64,000 bases of DNA from assembly GCA_032117235.1 (NCBI GenBank), contig JAULZW010000012.1, forward strand, positions 3,230 through 67,229. The letters are read 5' to 3'. The notes under the pieces were generated by a model. That model was not told the DNA's origin and searched no databases. It saw only the letters and a program-made list of their open reading frames with translations. A program made the translations under genes and the position numbers. The stretch is from Minisyncoccota bacterium. Its GTDB lineage: Bacteria > Patescibacteriota > Minisyncoccia > SW-4-49-11. This document shows, piece after piece, positions 19,856-31,994 of this stretch (the first letter of the stretch is position 1; the number at the start of each line of letters is the position of its first letter).

Positions 19856-21649
19856 TCAATGCTTCAATACCTCTAGATAAACTTCTTTTGGAATGTGAAT
19901 ACGGGCAGTATCACGCATTCTCTTTTTACCCTCTTTTTGTTTTTTAAGTAACTTGTCCTTACGAGTTCTATCTCCTCCATATAGTTTAGCTGTGACATCT
20001 TTTCGGAAAGCTGAGAGAGTCTCTCTGGCAACTATAGTGCCTCCTATAGTTGCTTGTAAGGCTACGGTGTACTGCTGTCTAGGTAAGGATTGTTTTAATT
20101 TATGAACAATTCTCTTACCTTCATCATGAGATTCATCTTTATACACTATATGAGACAAAGCTTCTTGAGCCTCTCCTGCCACCATTATGTCTAATTTAAC
20201 TAAATTAGCCTCTTGTGGGGGTAATGGATAATAGTTTACAGAAGCATAGCCTGAAGTGATGCTTTTGAGTATATCATAAAAATCAACTATAACCTTAGCT
20301 AGTGGAATTTTATATTCTACTATAGCTCTATCTTCTCCAATATATTTAGTATTAATAAATTGTCCTCGTCTTTTTTGTAACAAATCCATGACTGAACCTA
20401 TATAATCTTTAGGTGTCATTATTTCTAGCCTCACATAAGGTTCTAAAATCCTAGCTAATTTTGTATTGTCTGGAAAGTCTGAGGCAGAATAAATTGTATA
20501 CGTATCTCCATTAGTTTGCTCTACTATATAGGCTACTGAAGGGGTGCTAATTATTAAATCCAAATCATATTCTCGTCTCAATCTCTCAGTAATAATATCT
20601 AAATGTAACATACCCAAAAATCCACATCGAAAACCTTTACCTAGAGCTTCTTTGGATTCAGGTTCGAATACAAGAGAAGAGTCCGATAATTGCAATTTAT
20701 TCAGAGCATCCCGCAATATGGGATATTCTTCCGTACTTTCCACAAAAATACTGGCATAGACTACTGGTACTGGTTCCATATACTCTGCTAATGGAGGTAA
20801 GTCTTGCCCAACAGGATTTTTAATAATGGTATCTCCTACTCTAACATTCTCTACATTTTTAAGACCTGTAGCTATATAACCTATCATACCAGCAGAGAGA
20901 GTATCTAGTTTTGTCATTTTGGGCGTAAAAACTCCTAATTCTAATACCTGAGCTTCCTGTTTTTTAGCTAACATTTTGATATTATCGGCAGTTGAAATAT
21001 GTCCATCTACAACTCTAATATGAGCAATTACTCCTTTATAAGAATCAAAAGCAGAGTCAAATATCAAAGCTCTAAAATCATCCGGGTTAACAGAATTAGT
21101 TTTCGGGGCTGGAATTTCTGTTATAACTCTATCTAATAATTCAAGTACTCCCTGTCCTGTTTTACCTGATATTTCTAAAATCTCAGATTCCTCTACTCCT
21201 AATAATTCACATATTTCCTGTTTTACTTCAGCCACTCTAGCATGTGGTAAATCTACTTTATTCACTACAGGAATAATCACCAAATCTTGATCTATAGCCA
21301 AATAAACATTAGCAATAGTTTGTGCCTGTATACCTTGAGTGGCATCAACTAATAAAATTGCCCCCTCAACCGCCGCCAGACTGCGAGAAACTTCATAAGA
21401 AAAATCGACATGTCCTGGAGTATCAATTAAATTAAACATATATTCTTGATTTTGGTATATATATTTTACTCTAACTGGTTGCATTTTAATCGTAATCCCA
21501 CGCTCTTGCTCTAATTCCATAGAGTCCAAAAGTTGCTCTTTCATATTTCTCTTCTCAACAGTTTGAGTCAATTCTAAAATACGATCAGACAAGGTTGATT
21601 TACCATGATCAATATGAGCGATAATACTAAAATTTCTAATATATTGCAT
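19856..21649 (-). CDS. lepA: Elongation factor 4 (LepA)
   Basis: IRNFSIIAHIDHGKSTLSDR, the G1-G5 motifs, a 597-aa length and the LepA-specific C-terminal domain. Confidence 0.9.
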   Translation of the reverse strand: MQYIRNFSIIAHIDHGKSTLSDRILELTQTVEKRNMKEQLLDSMELEQERGITIKMQPVRVKYIYQNQEYMFNLIDTPGHVDFSYEVSRSLAAVEGAILLVDATQGIQAQTIANVYLAIDQDLVIIPVVNKVDLPHARVAEVKQEICELLGVEESEILEISGKTGQGVLELLDRVITEIPAPKTNSVNPDDFRALIFDSAFDSYKGVIAHIRVVDGHISTADNIKMLAKKQEAQVLELGVFTPKMTKLDTLSAGMIGYIATGLKNVENVRVGDTIIKNPVGQDLPPLAEYMEPVPVVYASIFVESTEEYPILRDALNKLQLSDSSLVFEPESKEALGKGFRCGFLGMLHLDIITERLRREYDLDLIISTPSVAYIVEQTNGDTYTIYSASDFPDNTKLARILEPYVRLEIMTPKDYIGSVMDLLQKRRGQFINTKYIGEDRAIVEYKIPLAKVIVDFYDILKSITSGYASVNYYPLPPQEANLVKLDIMVAGEAQEALSHIVYKDESHDEGKRIVHKLKQSLPRQQYTVALQATIGGTIVARETLSAFRKDVTAKLYGGDRTRKDKLLKKQKEGKKRMRDTARIHIPKEVYLEVLKH

Positions 21650-21710
21650 ATGACATATATTATAGCTAAAATTTGGATATTTTACAAATTAAAGAAATAA
21701 TCGAGCTCCA

Positions 21711-21920
21711 TCAAGGAGTTCGGTTATGAGTTGTTGATTCTAACTTAGATGAATATTCTTCTAGAAAAAATATCCCCACTGCGAAATAACAAATACTAAA
21801 GCAAACTAAGCACACCCGAGCTAATATATTTCCTTTTAGAAAAAAACAAACAAGAACAATAGTTGTAATATGGAAAATTATGCAAAGTAATAAGATAGCT
21901 AAAGTTAGTGTTTTAGACAT
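21711..21920 (-). CDS. Small hydrophobic protein, hypothetical
   Basis: 69 aa with two predicted TM helices in an intergenic position. May be spurious. Confidence 0.2.
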   Translation of the reverse strand: MSKTLTLAILLLCIIFHITTIVLVCFFLKGNILARVCLVCFSICYFAVGIFFLEEYSSKLESTTHNRTP

Positions 21921-21977
21921 AAGAAGATAAAGAGCAACATCTAAAATAGATTACCCTAAACCACCTATCCTGTCAGA

Positions 21978-23621
21978 TTATAACTTAGACTGATTTTTAT
22001 TCGATAAGACTTTAGTTAAGCCCAATTTCCAAATAATAAAAATATAAATAGCAAGGGCTGGAAAGGATGCTCCTAATACTTGAATTATAAGTGATAGAAA
22101 AGTTTCTGTTCCCAAATATGATCCTATAAAATGTTTTAGAATATAAGATATTCCCAGCATTCCAAATGACCACATCGATACTTGTAATCCATATATAATT
22201 GTTCTAATAACACTACCATGATTGATGGCTCTAAATATAATAAATATATATATAAGACAAGTGATGACCATAGTTATAGAAAAGGCTGCTGCTACCCCCA
22301 ATACTCCCCAGTAATGGCTCAAAAATATAGCTAATACTATATTAATTATCATACTAATAATTCCCACTATCATTGGAGTTTTAGTATCGTGCCTTGCAAA
22401 TAAAGCTCTACTCAGTAACGGTATTAAACCTTGAAAAGGTATAGAAAGGGCTAAAATAGTAAAAGTGTTAAAAGTAATTCTAGTTGCCTCCCAATTGAAT
22501 CCCCCACCACCATACACTATTCTTACAATTTGAGACCTGAAGTTTAGCATTAACATCATTACAGGTATAAGTAATAATAAATTCTTAGCTATGCCATTAA
22601 TCACATAATTTCTAAAAACCTCTTCATCTTCTTTAGCATAAGCTTCAGTCAAAAATGGGAATATAGCAGTGGCAAAGGATATAGCAATTACTCCTATTGG
22701 CAAAGCATTAAGATTAAAGGCTAAAGTAAAATAGGTTACCGCGTCTGGTTTAGTTGAGGCAATAATAGTCCCAATGAATAGACTTAACATTGCAGTATCT
22801 ATTACTAATAATCTTGGCCAATACAAATCCCATAGTCTTTTTAGATTTTTAAGATATAATTTGGTATCTACTTTTAGACTAATATTTAGTTTTAAAATAC
22901 TAGGAATCTGTATAAGAAGATGAAAGACAGCTCCCAAAACTACTCCATAACCTAATCCAGCTACTCCCCAAATTGGATACAACCAAATGATTCCAATTAT
23001 AATTCCAATATTATAGACAATTGGGGCAAGAGCTACTATTATAAATTTTTTATGCGCATTAAGAACACTAGATAAAACACTAGATACGCTGAATATAAAA
23101 GGTGATATTGCCATAATACGAGTAAGAGTGACTGTATCTGTAAATTTCTGTCCTTCATAGGAAATAGCTACTAATTTAACTAAATAGGGTGCAAAAACAA
23201 TCATTATTATAGATATTATACCCATCACAGCTCCTACAATTAGCAAAACATCATCTACTAAACTCTGAGCTTCTTGCTGTTTATCTTTACGATGAATTAA
23301 TCTACTAAATAGCGGTATAAAAGCACTAGATAATGTACCTAAAATCAAAATATTATATAGAAAATCTGGTATTCTAAAGGCTGAAAAATAAGCATCTAGA
23401 ATTGATGTGTCAAAATTACTGGTTAATAATCTATCTCTAAATAATCCCAATAAACGAGAAAATATACTTAAGATAACCAAATATCCTGTAATATGTATAA
23501 TAGCTGACTTAGGCAAAAATTGCTTTAATTTTTTTACTGAAAACATAATAAAATTATTATACACTATTTTAGTATAAAATAAAACAGATTTCTCAATATT
23601 AGAGAAATCTGTTTTATTCAA
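21978..23621 (-). CDS. murJ: Lipid II flippase MurJ (MviN)
   Basis: 547 aa with about 14 TM helices. FSAFRIPDFLY...ILGTLSSAFIPLFS and RALFARHDTKTP are MurJ-like. Confidence 0.8.
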   Translation of the reverse strand: MNKTDFSNIEKSVLFYTKIVYNNFIMFSVKKLKQFLPKSAIIHITGYLVILSIFSRLLGLFRDRLLTSNFDTSILDAYFSAFRIPDFLYNILILGTLSSAFIPLFSRLIHRKDKQQEAQSLVDDVLLIVGAVMGIISIIMIVFAPYLVKLVAISYEGQKFTDTVTLTRIMAISPFIFSVSSVLSSVLNAHKKFIIVALAPIVYNIGIIIGIIWLYPIWGVAGLGYGVVLGAVFHLLIQIPSILKLNISLKVDTKLYLKNLKRLWDLYWPRLLVIDTAMLSLFIGTIIASTKPDAVTYFTLAFNLNALPIGVIAISFATAIFPFLTEAYAKEDEEVFRNYVINGIAKNLLLLIPVMMLMLNFRSQIVRIVYGGGGFNWEATRITFNTFTILALSIPFQGLIPLLSRALFARHDTKTPMIVGIISMIINIVLAIFLSHYWGVLGVAAAFSITMVITCLIYIFIIFRAINHGSVIRTIIYGLQVSMWSFGMLGISYILKHFIGSYLGTETFLSLIIQVLGASFPALAIYIFIIWKLGLTKVLSNKNQSKL

Positions 23622-23677
23622 TCAATCAATAACTAGATCAGATATTAGTAAATAGCTTTTAGCAACAATCTGACGCA

Positions 23678-23704
23678 CCTTGTCTCAAAAGACAAGGATT
23701 TTTT
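23678..23704 (+). terminator. Hairpin plus T-run (intrinsic-terminator-like) oriented on the plus strand, between the 16S 3' end and murJ
   Basis: ccttgtctcaaaagacaagg followed by attttttgg. No plus-strand gene lies upstream, so its function is uncertain. It may be an rRNA processing stem. Confidence 0.25.
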
Positions 23705-23777
23705 GGTGTAAAAGTTATCAAGATATAAATCTTGACCGACCATTCCTTGTTGAATTACTTCAACAGGCATATCCTTA

Positions 23778-25280
<1,503 letters not shown>

Positions 25281-25410
25281 ACGTCAGATTGTTCCTAAAA
25301 AACATCTACTCTTTAAATATTCAGGATATAGTTATTGAACCTTACAATTTTTAGTTGTAAGTTGATTGAATTATAAATGAACTGTCTTATGTATTTAAGA
25401 CGGTATGTAT

Positions 25411-25439
25411 ATAATAATTTAAATATAGACTTTTGTCAA
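25411..25439 (-). promoter_or_regulatory. Sigma70-type promoter for 16S rRNA
   Basis: The minus strand reads cTTGACAaaagtctatatttaaatTATTATatac: -35 TTGACA, a 17-nt spacer, then -10 TATTAT, about 125 nt upstream of the 16S 5' end. Confidence 0.6.
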
Positions 25440-25461
25440 GAGATTTAGAGACACTTTTTAT

Positions 25462-27066
25462 TTATTTTTGATTCAATCTAGGAAATATCTGTAATTCCTC
25501 ACCATTTAAGAGTTTTTGCATCAATATTGAGGTGCTTGGCATAATAGGACTTATAACTTCTGTAATCAAAGCTAAATCTTGTAGCCACTTTTTAATATTT
25601 TGTTCTAATTCTAATTTTTGACCTGATTTATATAATTCCCAAGGTTTAGTTATCTCAATTTCTCTTCCAACATTAGTTATCATTAAAAAAATAATTTTTA
25701 TTGCACCATAAATATCATTTTGTTCCATACTATTTTTATAAAAACCATATAATGATTCGCTACTTATTGATTTTGAAGATAATAAACTATCTATCTCAAT
25801 ATCAAATTTACTAGTGTCATTCAAACCTAAGTTTATAAGAGATTGTATTTTTTCTGTATCGTCAATAAAGTCTGGTAATTCAAAGAAAAGTTTTATATCA
25901 TATTTCTTAGCCATACCAACTACTCTGCTAAAGGTATTCCCAAATTTATTAACTAATTCTGAGTCATAAACAGACATAATTTTCTCTTTGGTAATATCTC
26001 CGTCATTGCCAATTTTCATTTCTCTTAAGATTACATATCTTAGAATATCATCACCAAGATTATTTGTGATTTGATTAAATTCCTCAATTATATCTTTAGG
26101 AACTATCACATTCCCAATGCTTTTACTCATTTTTCTACCTCCTGATAATAAAAACCCTGTAATTAACATTGTCTTTGGTAATTTATCCTCAGGTACTCCA
26201 ATAGCTAATAAAAAGGCTGGCCAAAATATAGTATGAAATTTCATTATATCCTTACCTAAAACCTGTAAGTCTGGAGCCCAAATATCTTGGATTTTCTCAA
26301 GAATTTCATCTATGGATAAATTACTAATATCAATATTCTTACTAGCTATAATTCCAGACATATAATTAAACAAAGCATCAATCCACACATATAAAGTTTG
26401 TGTGGTATCAAATGGAATAGGTATCCCCCAACTTACCTTTTCTCTCGTGACAGAAAAATCTACTACATCTGGATTTTTAAGCAATTCTAGAGCCTCATTT
26501 TTTCGTGATTCTGGAATAATTTGAATAGTATTATTCTCTATTAACTCACGAACTCTATTTTTATACTTAGTAAGCCGAAAAAAGTAATTTTTCTCTAAGA
26601 TTATCTGAGGTTTTTCATCATGATAGGGACACAAGCCCCCTTCTCTTAATTCAGATTGAGTGACAAAAGATTCATCTCCCACACAGTACAAAGCTTCATA
26701 AGAATGGGGATAAACTGCATCATTCTCCAATAATTTGGTAATTACAAACTGACACAGAGCCTTATGTACTGGATTGGTAGTACGAATAAAATAATCATAG
26801 CTAAGCCCTAATTTATCCCAAGAATCCTGCCAAATTTTTGACATTTTGTCAGTATATTCTTGAGGAGATAAATTATTTTTCTGAGCAGCATCAGCTACTT
26901 TTTGTCCATGCTCATCTGTGCCAGTTAGAAAGAATGCACCCGAAGAAAATTGCCGATGATAGCGAGCTAAGACATCAGCAATAGTAGTGGCATAATAATG
27001 GCCAAGATGAGGTTCTCCATTTAAGTAATAGATTGGAGTAGTGACAAAAAATTCTTTCTCTTTCAT
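25462..27066 (-). CDS. metG: Methionyl-tRNA synthetase
   Basis: PIYYLNGEPHLGHYY (HIGH-type HLGH) and the KMSKS motif. 534 aa. Confidence 0.9.
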   Translation of the reverse strand: MKEKEFFVTTPIYYLNGEPHLGHYYATTIADVLARYHRQFSSGAFFLTGTDEHGQKVADAAQKNNLSPQEYTDKMSKIWQDSWDKLGLSYDYFIRTTNPVHKALCQFVITKLLENDAVYPHSYEALYCVGDESFVTQSELREGGLCPYHDEKPQIILEKNYFFRLTKYKNRVRELIENNTIQIIPESRKNEALELLKNPDVVDFSVTREKVSWGIPIPFDTTQTLYVWIDALFNYMSGIIASKNIDISNLSIDEILEKIQDIWAPDLQVLGKDIMKFHTIFWPAFLLAIGVPEDKLPKTMLITGFLLSGGRKMSKSIGNVIVPKDIIEEFNQITNNLGDDILRYVILREMKIGNDGDITKEKIMSVYDSELVNKFGNTFSRVVGMAKKYDIKLFFELPDFIDDTEKIQSLINLGLNDTSKFDIEIDSLLSSKSISSESLYGFYKNSMEQNDIYGAIKIIFLMITNVGREIEITKPWELYKSGQKLELEQNIKKWLQDLALITEVISPIMPSTSILMQKLLNGEELQIFPRLNQK

Positions 27067-27120
27067 ATATCTATTACTATATCAGATTAATACTTTTGCT
27101 TCAAGTAACCAAGTGTTAAT

Positions 27121-27576
27121 CTACTTGATCTCCAAAATTGTATATCTCTGAACACCAGCTGGGGTTTCTACCTCAACCTCTTCACCAACACTACGGTGTA
27201 TGAAAGCTTGTCCAAGAGGAGATTCATCGGAGATTTTTCTCTCAGCTGGATTAGCTTCTGATGCTCCTACGATTAAAAATTCTCTCTCCCCAGTCCCATT
27301 CCTAACTTTAACCTGAGACCCTAAGGACACAAATTGAGAATTAGTTGGAGATTGAACAACTTCAGCATTGCGAATCAAATCTTCTAGTTCTAGGATTTTA
27401 GATTCATTGAAGGCCATATCATTTTTAGCCTCATGATATTCTCCATTCTCCTTTAAATCTCCTTGTTCTTTAGCGGCTTTGATTTTCTCGATTATTTCTT
27501 TGCGCCTTAAAACCAGAGCTTCAAGTTCTATTTGTGCTTTCTCAAGACCAGATTGTGTCATATGATATTTCTTCAT
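27121..27576 (-). CDS. greA: Transcription elongation factor GreA
   Basis: 151 aa with an N-terminal coiled coil and a C-terminal FKBP-like domain. LTQSGLEKAQIELEAL is typical of GreA. Confidence 0.85.
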   Translation of the reverse strand: MKKYHMTQSGLEKAQIELEALVLRRKEIIEKIKAAKEQGDLKENGEYHEAKNDMAFNESKILELEDLIRNAEVVQSPTNSQFVSLGSQVKVRNGTGEREFLIVGASEANPAERKISDESPLGQAFIHRSVGEEVEVETPAGVQRYTILEIK

Positions 27577-27692
27577 ACTTAGATATAATTAGTTTAATAA
27601 AATAAAGCAAATACTTATATTTTATATTGAGCTTAATTTTGATTGATGTGATTTGATATTCACTTTTACTGTTAATGGAGTATACTATATAT

Positions 27693-29630
27693 ATGTATAT
27701 TTTGCAAGTAGTACCTCTTATCAAACTTCCAGGCCAAATGAGCCATACTTTAACATATTATTCATCCGAGAGAATACTCCCGGGTAGCCTTGTCCTAGTG
27801 GAAGTTCGTACAATATATATTACATCAATTGTTTACTTTTGTCAAGAGCTGACAAAAGATAGACAAAATATCCGTAAATTTGCTAGTTTTAGCCCTAAAC
27901 CGATAGAAAAAACTTTTTCCAATACTCCTCTTTTAACTAATAATCAATTAAAATTAGCTGAGTGGATTAGCAATTATTATGCTCATCCTTTAGGTAATAT
28001 CATTAAATGGTTTCTACCTAGATTATCAAATAAAATTAAAAGATATCCCAAAATACTAGAATCTCCTTCTGATAACTTAAAACTTGGTAAAAAATACATA
28101 CCTAAATTAATCATTTATCCCACCTCCAAAAGACTTAAGCATTACCATCAAATTATCCTTCAAAACCAAGGACAGATTTTAATTTTAACTCCAGACAATA
28201 TTAGTCTTGAAATGCTAACTAAAGAATTACAAAACTATCAACCTACAATTATTAATTCTCAACTAAAAACTAGTGAGTTTAGAAAAGTATGGATGCAAAT
28301 AAAATCGGGAGAAGCCAAGCTAATTCTAGGGACAAGGAGTAGTTTATTTCTACCATTTCAAAATTTAGAACATATTATTATAGAAGATGAATCTTCTGAA
28401 GCTTATTATTCTTTTGAAACTAAACCACATTATCAGACTACTAAGATTGCAATTAAACTAGCTAAGTTACACAAATCTAATTTAACTTTAGCCTCTAATA
28501 TACCGAGTATAAATTCCATAAAGATTTTAGAAAAAAATCACTTAACTTTACCAGCTGAATTTTATCCTGCCAATAATAATTTGAAAACTGAATTAATAGA
28601 AATGCCCGTAGAATTTTATAAAGGCAACAAAGAATTACTATCTATTCCAGCACAAAAAGCAATCACTGAGTCACTTAAAAAAAATCAATCTGTTATTATA
28701 TATATTAATCGTCGTGGGGAATCACTATATATGTCTTGCCGTGACTGCGGATATCATTTAAGAGACCCTAAATCTGGTACCTTATTAACAGTCCATAGAG
28801 TAGATACTTTATCCAAAAAAATTCCCAACTATAATAAGAGTCAAATCCTGATGTCACATACATCTCGTAAATGGTTCAAGATGATAGATAAATGCCCTCA
28901 ATGCAAATCTCTTAATCTCAAACAAGGTGGTATAGGTATACAAAAAATCCAATCTATGATACAAGAACTATATCCAAAAACTTCAAACTTTATTCTTTCC
29001 AGCGACACTGCGTCTGATGTTAGTACACAGAAAAATATTATAGATAAATTTATACATACCACTCCTGCTATATTACTAAGTACTAGTATGATTCATAAAT
29101 TTTTAGACATTATACCAAAAACAATCACTATTATTCCATCTGCCGAATCTTTAATTAATTTTCCGGACTACAGTATTCAAGAAAAATCAATCCAGACATT
29201 AACTGAACTTATTCAGCATAGTGAAAAAACTTTAATTCAAACCTTCACTAAATGGAATAGGGACGAAGAGCTACCATCTCATATTTATAATATTATCAAT
29301 AGGCCCATATCAGACCTATGGCAACAAGAATATAATAATAGAAAATTATATCAATATCCTCCTCATTGTCAAATTATTGCCATCCATTCCCAAAATAGCA
29401 AAAGAAATTATGCCTTAGATCAAGCCTTAAGAATTAAAAATGCTCTTTATACTATTAATATAAACGCACTAGGTCCATTAGAAAAATATTTAGCTAAAGG
29501 AAAAGGAATCTATAAATTTACTCTAATTATACAAAGCACACCTACTCAAGCAAAAGCCATAAAAGCTAAATTAGTACCCATCTTAGAAAGAGGACAAGAT
29601 ATTGAAATCAATCCGCAGAATTTATTATAG
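27693..29630 (+). CDS. priA: Primosomal protein N' (PriA)-like, with degenerate helicase and zinc-binding motifs
   Basis: The N-terminal YYAHPLGN matches the PriA 3'-DNA-binding domain. CRDCG...CPQCKS matches PriA Cys-rich region but only 2 of the 4 Cys pairs remain. In place of Walker A (GVTGSGKT) it reads IYPTSKRLK. The DExH motif is partly kept (IIIEDESSEAY). Confidence 0.6.
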   Translation: MYILQVVPLIKLPGQMSHTLTYYSSERILPGSLVLVEVRTIYITSIVYFCQELTKDRQNIRKFASFSPKPIEKTFSNTPLLTNNQLKLAEWISNYYAHPLGNIIKWFLPRLSNKIKRYPKILESPSDNLKLGKKYIPKLIIYPTSKRLKHYHQIILQNQGQILILTPDNISLEMLTKELQNYQPTIINSQLKTSEFRKVWMQIKSGEAKLILGTRSSLFLPFQNLEHIIIEDESSEAYYSFETKPHYQTTKIAIKLAKLHKSNLTLASNIPSINSIKILEKNHLTLPAEFYPANNNLKTELIEMPVEFYKGNKELLSIPAQKAITESLKKNQSVIIYINRRGESLYMSCRDCGYHLRDPKSGTLLTVHRVDTLSKKIPNYNKSQILMSHTSRKWFKMIDKCPQCKSLNLKQGGIGIQKIQSMIQELYPKTSNFILSSDTASDVSTQKNIIDKFIHTTPAILLSTSMIHKFLDIIPKTITIIPSAESLINFPDYSIQEKSIQTLTELIQHSEKTLIQTFTKWNRDEELPSHIYNIINRPISDLWQQEYNNRKLYQYPPHCQIIAIHSQNSKRNYALDQALRIKNALYTININALGPLEKYLAKGKGIYKFTLIIQSTPTQAKAIKAKLVPILERGQDIEINPQNLL

Positions 29631-31994
29631 AGAGTTTTTATACCTCAACACACCCAGATAACCCCACCAGATCAGGTTCAAAGCTATAGCTATACTAAAG
29701 TATTTATAATCTACAATCATTTGCCATAGATTATTATAAAAACTTGTGTTATTATTTTTAACTTTATCATTTTCTCCAGGAATTTTATATTCATCTAACC
29801 CTCTGTATCCTATAATTGTATTAGCAGTAGTATTAGATGCACTGTTATCAAGTACTGTTTTATTTATTTTTATATTATTTTGAGCTAATTTCTTTATTTC
29901 TGGAATCGCTTTAATTTGATTTACATTCCAAGGAATTACCCTTATTTCTCCATCATAAACTTCTATAAATCCAGTAACTTTCACTATATCCCCTTTTCCC
30001 ATCTTAGGTTTAGTGATTTTATTAGCATATAGTTTAACTGCTGTGTTCTGGTTTTTGTTATTGATTACCAATTTGTTTTTAGTATTGGTATCCAATATTC
30101 CTGTAATATTAACTATTTTACCCCAATCTGAGTTTTCTAATTTTGCAATACTTTGAATTTGTATATCTATTTTATGCTCTGTTATTATCTGTATATTATC
30201 TGGAGAGCTAGTTTTAAGATATTGTTGAGTGTCAGTATTATGCCATTCAGCCTGAACCTTAACTATATCACCCTCTTTAAGCGTCGGAAATCTCTTCTTA
30301 TTATCATAAATTTTGACAACTCTATTGTCTTTGATTATATAAAAACTATTATCCACCAACTCTCCCGCTGAAATTATAACTTGACCTTCTATTTCTATAT
30401 ATTCGCCATCTTCTATAACTGCTAAATTCTCTATATTATCAATTTTGGTATAAGTTTTAGTATTCTCTGAATTAGTATTCTCAGTGAATATATTGGGAGT
30501 ATTAGGAGTTAAGGTTTGTGTCCAACTCCAAGTTTGCAAAACTGGGATATAGGAGAGACCTTTATAGGCTTTGGTATAAGAGGTCGTGGATTGGATTTGA
30601 TTATAATTATCTGTGAGAGTAATTGTCTCACTAGTATTATTGAGTGCTATCTTGGTCTCTGATTGATTATAAACTCTATAACCTTTGGCGGGAATAATTC
30701 CTGAGAGAATATATATTTTAGCTAAATCAGATATTTCCCAACTTGTTAAATCTATATCTTGTTCCGTATTATTATAAAGTTCTATGAATTCCTCTCCTAT
30801 AATAGGATACGGGTAAAGTTCAGAGATAATTATACTGCCAACATTATATTTTGGTAGTTGGGGGATTATTGAAATAACTGGCTTTGGCTCAATCGGAATA
30901 ATTTCTACGGATGGAGATACTGGAGCTATATTAATAGAATTTGGTGAAGGGATTATATTCCAAGCCCAAATATTATCTACATACATATAACTAGATCCTT
31001 TTTGAGATGTTTTCATTGTATAATCTACCTGAGATTGAATTTTACCATCTGGGTCATATAGTATAACTGAATCTTGATCATTATTAAGTCCAATTTTAAG
31101 ACCTATTCCACTCTCTAAGAGCATAAAACCTTTAGCTGGTATAATTCCTGTTAAAGTCTGTATAACAGAGCTTGGTATTGGACTAGTATCAGGAATATCA
31201 TCTAATTTCCAATTTACTAAATCTATATCTTTATCTGTAGTATTATATAATTCTACAAATTCCTTACCCCCTTCGGCTGGGTTTGGGTAAATCTCAGAGA
31301 GAATGACTCCTCCATAATTAATTTTCCCTAGTTCTGGAGTTGGGATAGGACTAGGTGTAGGTGTGGGTGTTGGTGTTGGGGTAGAAGGTATATTAAGTGG
31401 AGAATGTGGCTTGACTTCCCATATCAAATTACTAACTTTATGCAGAGATTGAGTATTAGTAGTGGTAGCAGGCCATTTGTTACGAAAATTTACCGCATCA
31501 ATGGTTATTCCTTTATTATCCCTTAACTCTATATATGCTCCTAAATTATTATTTAGAGATCCAAAATTATTACTAGTTATGTTAATAACATTATCAATAG
31601 GTGGCAGACTACTTTGAGCTGAGGTAATTCTACGAATAACTATATACTCAGTAATAGTACCAGATAAAGTTATAGTTCTATCAGATGTACTACTCGATCC
31701 TGATAAAATCCTCAAAGTCCAGCCATCTAATATAAGTGGTGTACTAGGATTAGGATTCTTTAGTTCAATAAACTCATCATCAGCGTCAGTCTTATTATCA
31801 TCAGGCCATATTGTATGTCCTGAATAATTTATTTCGTTAATTTCAACTAATTGAAAACTCGCAAATGTAAAATGTGGGATAAACAAAAATAGCCCCAAGA
31901 TTAGGGCTAAAAGTTTAGGAGTTTTGGGTGTTGTTATTATTGTCTTGCGATTTTGAATTTGGATCTGTTTTTGTTGGATCATAAGTATATGCAT
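29625..31994 (-). CDS. Lamin-tail-domain (LTD) repeat surface protein
   Basis: Three LTD-like units (EFIELKNPNP...LDGWTL; LSEIYPNPAEGGKEFVELYNTTDKDIDLVNWKL; ISELYPYPIIGEEFIELYNNTEQDIDLTSWEI). N-terminal TM, a PTPTPTPSPIPTP linker and a C-terminal TM. Confidence 0.65.
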   Translation of the reverse strand: MHILMIQQKQIQIQNRKTIITTPKTPKLLALILGLFLFIPHFTFASFQLVEINEINYSGHTIWPDDNKTDADDEFIELKNPNPSTPLILDGWTLRILSGSSSTSDRTITLSGTITEYIVIRRITSAQSSLPPIDNVINITSNNFGSLNNNLGAYIELRDNKGITIDAVNFRNKWPATTTNTQSLHKVSNLIWEVKPHSPLNIPSTPTPTPTPTPSPIPTPELGKINYGGVILSEIYPNPAEGGKEFVELYNTTDKDIDLVNWKLDDIPDTSPIPSSVIQTLTGIIPAKGFMLLESGIGLKIGLNNDQDSVILYDPDGKIQSQVDYTMKTSQKGSSYMYVDNIWAWNIIPSPNSINIAPVSPSVEIIPIEPKPVISIIPQLPKYNVGSIIISELYPYPIIGEEFIELYNNTEQDIDLTSWEISDLAKIYILSGIIPAKGYRVYNQSETKIALNNTSETITLTDNYNQIQSTTSYTKAYKGLSYIPVLQTWSWTQTLTPNTPNIFTENTNSENTKTYTKIDNIENLAVIEDGEYIEIEGQVIISAGELVDNSFYIIKDNRVVKIYDNKKRFPTLKEGDIVKVQAEWHNTDTQQYLKTSSPDNIQIITEHKIDIQIQSIAKLENSDWGKIVNITGILDTNTKNKLVINNKNQNTAVKLYANKITKPKMGKGDIVKVTGFIEVYDGEIRVIPWNVNQIKAIPEIKKLAQNNIKINKTVLDNSASNTTANTIIGYRGLDEYKIPGENDKVKNNNTSFYNNLWQMIVDYKYFSIAIALNLIWWGYLGVLRYKNSL

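Noticed and set aside
20544-20759. 71-aa plus-strand ORF
   Set aside because: It is antisense to lepA.
27542-27724. 60-aa ORF in the greA/priA divergent intergenic region
   Set aside because: It is an AT-rich low-complexity translation (IYIYIVYSINSK...) overlapping both gene starts. It is promoter DNA.
30153-30371. 72-aa plus-strand ORF
   Set aside because: It is antisense to the LTD protein gene.
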